DNA of 64,000 nucleotides, taken from assembly GCA_020854825.1 (NCBI GenBank), contig JAHKLY010000006.1, forward strand, positions 1-64,000, given 5' to 3'. How positions within the stretch are numbered: the first letter of the stretch is position 1; each line of letters begins with the position of its first letter. Shown here piece after piece: positions 59,279-64,000 of this stretch. This DNA is from Candidatus Micrarchaeota archaeon (GTDB taxonomy: Archaea; Micrarchaeota; Micrarchaeia; Anstonellales; JAHKLY01). Position numbers and translations under genes: made by a program. The notes below the pieces were generated by a model, which saw nothing but the letters and a program-made list of their open reading frames with translations, ran no database searches and was not told where the DNA came from.

Positions 59279-59284
59279 CTACTA

Positions 59285-59704
59285 CTATTTATTATTAATT
59301 TCAATGTGCTTTACTCCTTTTGCAGGTCCTTTTATAATAAAAATATCTGGAGCAGCACAACCAGTACAACCAGAAACTGTTCCTCTGTTTGCAGTTATAA
59401 TACTCTTTTCGTTTTCTCTTAAAATTCTAATTTCATTAAAATATCCACAACAATTATTAGAAGATAAAAAAACATTTATATTATCATACTCATCTATATA
59501 AGGATCAAAATAATTATTATAATTTGAACCTGTTGTATAAACATTAATAAATTCCCATTCACTAGACACATATGTTTCTGGACAACCAAAACAAGCTTTT
59601 TGATAAATCAACTCTCCTTTTTCAGTATTTAAATAACTTAATATTAAGAAAAATACTGCAACTAAGATTAAAATTATAATTCCAATAATATATTCTTTTT
59701 TCAT
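59285..59704 (-). CDS. Membrane-anchored Cys-containing hypothetical protein
   Basis: N-terminal TM helix; CFGC, CC and CTGC motifs. Confidence 0.7.
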   Translation of the reverse strand: MKKEYIIGIIILILVAVFFLILSYLNTEKGELIYQKACFGCPETYVSSEWEFINVYTTGSNYNNYFDPYIDEYDNINVFLSSNNCCGYFNEIRILRENEKSIITANRGTVSGCTGCAAPDIFIIKGPAKGVKHIEINNK

Positions 59705-59705
59705 T

Positions 59706-60401
59706 TTATCCTCCCATAAAATAAAAGAAATAAATTAATCCTAAAATTATTAAGATTAAAATTATTCCCAACACATAATATAAACCATATTTTTTAAAAT
59801 AAAATTCCCTTTTTGTTCGCGCTCGTTTTTTCATCAAATCTTCTTCTGGCTCTATGACTTCTGTAATTTTTGTTTGAACTTCTTCTTTTTCAAATTTTTC
59901 TTGTCTATTCTCTTTTCTTTGTTCTTCTTTATTTTCCAAATCTGTAAAATCGACTGCCCCTATTACATTAAATCCATTTTCTGTTAAAGAAACAAACAGT
60001 TCAGTAGATCGAATATAATAATCTATATATGACTGGACATATAATTTTTCTAAATGGAATGCTAAATCTTCACTTCTTATATTAATTTTTTCATTTAATT
60101 CAGTTAATTTTGATGTTCCTTTAGCTATTGCTGTTAAAATAGTACTATCTAAATTATCTAATTGCTCTTTAGATTTTTTTTCAGCAACTTCAAGAATGTA
60201 CTTTCCTTTTGATGCCAAGGATACTTTACTATTCCCTCCTATAGACTGTTCAAAATCTATTAATCCTTTAATTTTCATAGTTCCCAATAGATTAGCGGTT
60301 TCAAAAAAAGAAGTATTAATTCTACTGCCAAATTTTTCAATATATGTATCCTCATCTATTCTATGTAAAATTGCAATATCTAAAAATGTTAGCTCATTCA
60401 T
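59706..60401 (-). CDS. Tandem winged-helix protein with C-terminal TM anchor
   Basis: Two LDxxILxxI...GxI/YID...LxxxG wHTH units, a charged linker and a hydrophobic C-terminal helix. Confidence 0.75.
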   Translation of the reverse strand: MNELTFLDIAILHRIDEDTYIEKFGSRINTSFFETANLLGTMKIKGLIDFEQSIGGNSKVSLASKGKYILEVAEKKSKEQLDNLDSTILTAIAKGTSKLTELNEKINIRSEDLAFHLEKLYVQSYIDYYIRSTELFVSLTENGFNVIGAVDFTDLENKEEQRKENRQEKFEKEEVQTKITEVIEPEEDLMKKRARTKREFYFKKYGLYYVLGIILILIILGLIYFFYFMGG

Positions 60402-60453
60402 AAGAAATATATATTTCAATAAGATTTTTAATACATACCTTCTAAATTGCTTT

Positions 60454-61698
60454 ATGAAATTAAAGTTTTTAGGGGGAGTTCAGGAAGTTGGTAAAAGTGC
60501 AACATTAGTTGAAACTGATATTAAAACCCTTTTAGAATATGGTTTAAAAATTAGACAAACTGAAGAAAGTAGCAGATTTCCAGAACCCTTTGGGAATTTT
60601 CTAGATGTATTAGCTGTTGGTCACTGTCATATTGATCATTCTGGTTTTTTACCAGGAGTATTTGATATCTGTTCCCCAACGGTTTTAGGAACAAGACCAA
60701 CAAAAGATTTAATTGAATTATTACTCGAAGATTCAATGAAACTAATGGAAGAAATACCCTATAGATTAACAAGTTATAAACAATTGATGAAAAATTTTGT
60801 TACACTAGATTATGAAAAACCTTATTTTTCTGGAAAAACTTCAATAAAACTACTCGATGCAGGTCATATAACCGGTTCTGCAATGATAGATATACGACAT
60901 GAAAAAAAGAGGCTGTTGTATACTAGTGATTTCAACACTACAGATACTATGCTTCACAACGGAACTAGTGCACCAAAAACAAACGATTATTCTGCTTTAA
61001 TTTTAGAAAGTACATATTCTGAAAGAGATCATCCAAATAGAAAACAAACAGAACAAGAATTTTATAACAAAATAAAAGAAGTTTATGAAGACAATGGACA
61101 TATATTAGTACCTGCATTTGCAGTAGATAGAGCTCAAGAAATAATAAATGTTATAAGAAAATTTGATAAACATATCCCAATCTATCTAGACGGAATGTGT
61201 AATGATGCAACAGATATTATGTTTAAGCATAAAAACTTCTTAAGAGATCCAAAACAATTTAGAAAATTTATGGATTCCATAGAAAGAGTTTATGGATTTA
61301 GGCAAAGAAAAAGCGTTTTAAATGAACCTTGTGTAGTTGTTACAACTGCTGGAATGTTAACAGGTGGACCTGCAATGTATTATATACCTAATTTAAATAA
61401 AAATTCTGTGATATTATTTACAGGCTATTGTGTTGAAGGAACAAATGGTTGGACTTTACAAAATAAAGGAACTATGATGATTGATAAAAAAGAAGTGAAA
61501 ATCGAAACTCCTTATCAATATTTTGATTTTTCAGCACACGCAGGTAAAAAAGAATTAATACAATTTGCTAAAGATTTAAATCCAGAAAAAATATTTTGTG
61601 TACATGGAGAAAAATGTAATGAATTTGCAGATGAACTTACAAAAGAACATGGGTTTAAAGCAGTTGCACCAAAATTAAACGAAGAATTTAAGGTATGA
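60454..61698 (+). CDS. MBL-fold beta-CASP ribonuclease (aCPSF2-like)
   Basis: LGGVQEVGKSA, HCHIDHSG, AGHITGS, ESTY, AGML.GGP, FSAHA, VHGE. Confidence 0.93.
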   Translation: MKLKFLGGVQEVGKSATLVETDIKTLLEYGLKIRQTEESSRFPEPFGNFLDVLAVGHCHIDHSGFLPGVFDICSPTVLGTRPTKDLIELLLEDSMKLMEEIPYRLTSYKQLMKNFVTLDYEKPYFSGKTSIKLLDAGHITGSAMIDIRHEKKRLLYTSDFNTTDTMLHNGTSAPKTNDYSALILESTYSERDHPNRKQTEQEFYNKIKEVYEDNGHILVPAFAVDRAQEIINVIRKFDKHIPIYLDGMCNDATDIMFKHKNFLRDPKQFRKFMDSIERVYGFRQRKSVLNEPCVVVTTAGMLTGGPAMYYIPNLNKNSVILFTGYCVEGTNGWTLQNKGTMMIDKKEVKIETPYQYFDFSAHAGKKELIQFAKDLNPEKIFCVHGEKCNEFADELTKEHGFKAVAPKLNEEFKV

Positions 61699-61734
61699 AG
61701 ATACATTTTTAAACACAAAAACTTAAAGTATATT

Positions 61735-62253
61735 ATGCAAAAATTGAAGAAAATATTAGAAATAGGTACTGGTTTAAGATTTCCTGTCTACGAGTGTTTA
61801 ATAGAAACCAAACAAATATCTAATTCATTTTATGTTGGTATTGACATAGATCCTCAAATTTTAAAAAGAGCTAGAATTTTATTGGATAATCCCGATAAAT
61901 TCCCTAATTTTTCATTTGTGTGTGCTGATATATTAGCTCCGTATCCACCTTTTGAAGAGAATATTTTTGATATAATTCATTGTCATATGATAACTATAAA
62001 AAATGGTTTTGATGAAGAAAATAAATATCCTAAATTAATAAAAAAAATTTACAAATTACTTAAATATGGTGGGGAATTTTATATATCTGCAGACCATAAT
62101 ATTTTTAACACCAAATCAGAAGATTACGGAGGATTAGATGATTTATTAAAAAATACTTTTTCAGAATTAAATTCTCATATGGGTGTTCCGTTTACAAATA
62201 AATTTAGTAACTGGTCTATGTTTTCTAAATACTATGCATATTGCAAAAAATAA
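61735..62253 (+). CDS. Class I SAM-dependent methyltransferase
   Basis: ILEIGTG, VGIDID, CADI, FDII, LLKYGG. Confidence 0.85.
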   Translation: MQKLKKILEIGTGLRFPVYECLIETKQISNSFYVGIDIDPQILKRARILLDNPDKFPNFSFVCADILAPYPPFEENIFDIIHCHMITIKNGFDEENKYPKLIKKIYKLLKYGGEFYISADHNIFNTKSEDYGGLDDLLKNTFSELNSHMGVPFTNKFSNWSMFSKYYAYCKK

Positions 62254-62305
62254 CTGCCAAGTATTTAAATGTTTTCTTTGTAAATATTTTCATTGAGGAG
62301 AGCAT

Positions 62306-64000
62306 ATGATTCCAGATGTATTTTTTGAGATAACATTAATATTTGCATTAACTATATTAATTTGTGGAATAATCAAAATGTTAAAACAACCCTTAATTAT
62401 TGGATATATTATTTCTGGGATTATTGCAGGCCCATTTTTTTTAAGTTTAACAAATTCTATTGATACTTTATCTATTTTTGCAAGTATGGGAATTGCTTTT
62501 CTTTTATTCCTAGTTGGTTTAAATTTAAATCCTAAAACAATTAAAGAAATTGGAAAAATATCAATTATTACTGGAGTAGGACAAGTATTATTTACTTCTA
62601 TACTGGGATTTATAATATGTCAATTGCTTGGTTTTTCGATAATTGAATCTGTATACATAAGTATTGCACTTACTTTTAGCAGTACTATTATCATTATGAA
62701 ACTCTTATCAGATAAAAAAGATTTAGAAACATTATATGGAAAAATCTCTATTGGATTTTTAATAGTACAAGATTTTATTGTTATATTCATCCTTATGTTT
62801 TTAACTCAAAACCTAGAGGGCGGAAATATAGGTGAAACCATATTATACTCAATAGCAAAAGGGATAGGTATTTTCTTTGTATTGGGAGCTATCGCATGGT
62901 GGATAATACCTAAAATTACAAATTTTATTGCTAAATCACAAGAATATTTACTCTTATTTTCAATTGGTTGGTGTTTAATAATATCTAGTATTTTCCATAT
63001 GTTTAACTTTTCAATTGAAGCAGGTGCTCTTATAGCAGGTATGATGCTATCTTTTTCACCATATCATTATGAAATAAGTTCACGTGTAAGACCTCTACGT
63101 GATTTTTTAATTGTATTATTTTTTATTTTATTGGGTTCACAAATGGTTTTTGGAGATATATTTAATCAAATTCCAATAATTATTATTCTGTCTGTTTTGA
63201 TATTAGTAGGTAATCCATTAATTGTTATTATACTGATGGGCTGGTTTGGGTATACAAAAAGAAATGGGTTTAAAGCAGGATTAACCGTAGCACAAATTAG
63301 TGAGTTCTCCCTCATTTTAATTACAGTAGGTATTAAACTTGAACACCTTACTATTGAAATACTTTCTTTGGTTACAATTGTAGGAATAATTACCATAACT
63401 GGATCAACATATTTAATTTTATATTCTGATAAAATATATCCTTACTTATCTGGATTTCTGTCACTATTTGAAAGAAAAGGAAAAAAAATTGATGAACATA
63501 AGTATCAAAAAGAAAATTCATATACAATTGTATTGTTTGGGTACAATAGAATAGGTTTTGACGTCCTTAAGGCATTGAAAAAAATAAATGATAAAGTGCT
63601 CGTAGTTGATTATGACCCAAATATAATACTCCAATTATATAATGAAGGGATTGATAGTAGATATGGAGATGCAAATGATGTAGAATTAATACAAGAACTT
63701 AATCTTCATAATTCAAAAATGGTAATATCTACAATACCAGACCTCGAAACAAATATAATTTTGTTAAGACAAATTAAATTGAAGAAAAAAAGACCTATGT
63801 TTTTATCTGTAGCCACACAGTTTGAAGATGCATTAGAACTTTATAAATCTGGCGCAGATTATGTAATTATGCCATATTTCCTAGGAGGAACAAAAGTTTC
63901 TTCAATGATTGAAAAATATAAATTTAGTACTAAAGAATTTACGAAAGAAAAAAGTGAACATATTCAATATCTTAAAAAAAGACAAAAAGAATGCAAAGAT
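62306..64000 (+). CDS. Cation:proton antiporter (CPA2/KefB-like) with TrkA-N domain; stop beyond window
   Basis: GAGGAG RBS; LKQPLIIGYI, SSTIII.KLL, LIVQD, QISEFS, VLFGYNRIG, YGDA; frame open to 64000. Confidence 0.92.
   Translation, partial: MIPDVFFEITLIFALTILICGIIKMLKQPLIIGYIISGIIAGPFFLSLTNSIDTLSIFASMGIAFLLFLVGLNLNPKTIKEIGKISIITGVGQVLFTSILGFIICQLLGFSIIESVYISIALTFSSTIIIMKLLSDKKDLETLYGKISIGFLIVQDFIVIFILMFLTQNLEGGNIGETILYSIAKGIGIFFVLGAIAWWIIPKITNFIAKSQEYLLLFSIGWCLIISSIFHMFNFSIEAGALIAGMMLSFSPYHYEISSRVRPLRDFLIVLFFILLGSQMVFGDIFNQIPIIIILSVLILVGNPLIVIILMGWFGYTKRNGFKAGLTVAQISEFSLILITVGIKLEHLTIEILSLVTIVGIITITGSTYLILYSDKIYPYLSGFLSLFERKGKKIDEHKYQKENSYTIVLFGYNRIGFDVLKALKKINDKVLVVDYDPNIILQLYNEGIDSRYGDANDVELIQELNLHNSKMVISTIPDLETNIILLRQIKLKKKRPMFLSVATQFEDALELYKSGADYVIMPYFLGGTKVSSMIEKYKFSTKEFTKEKSEHIQYLKKRQKECKD

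Noticed and set aside
63166-63396. Minus-strand 76-aa ORF
   Set aside because: Antisense to the CPA2 antiporter gene, which the track omitted because it has no stop in the window.
1-64000. tRNA/rRNA genes, transposases, integrases, reverse transcriptase, alternative genetic code
   Set aside because: No cloverleaf or long GC-rich RNA-like segment and no RT/DDE/integrase motifs were recognised by eye; conserved genes end normally at TAA, TAG and TGA.

Overview
Very AT-rich archaeal chromosome segment in the standard genetic code, with BRE/TATA promoters, GGTGA-type ribosome-binding sites and many apparently leaderless genes. Gene content and protein style suggest a DPANN lineage, possibly Micrarchaeota-like (inference only). 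The left third is accessory and surface-related: a >1500-aa lipoprotein running off the left edge whose C-terminal part is a 66-bp tandem LRR array with hypervariable codons, plus Ig/carboxypeptidase-like surface proteins, a TPR protein and two diverged orphan paralogues. These are interspersed with housekeeping genes (rpl10e, NAC, rps3ae, rps15, valS, parvulin, L1-P0-P1, DNA ligase, Sec61beta, trxB, S2P, MBF1, FEN1). The middle holds rpl14e-truB and the complete L3-to-L34e ribosomal/SecY superoperon. The right end has a 3-gene insertion (Lrp, hypothetical, AAA+DUF4143), then cmk, mre11, a beta-CASP nuclease, a methyltransferase and a CPA2 antiporter. No rRNA, tRNA, CRISPR array or transposase was recognised. 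Most notable: (i) the LRR array, whose variation is concentrated in ligand-face codons with an AAC->NNC-like pattern reminiscent of DGR mutagenesis; (ii) three structured ribosomal-protein leaders (L1, S15, L3 operons); (iii) a small protein with a P-stalk-like C-terminus while P0 lacks its own. All family calls are by eye, without database searches.
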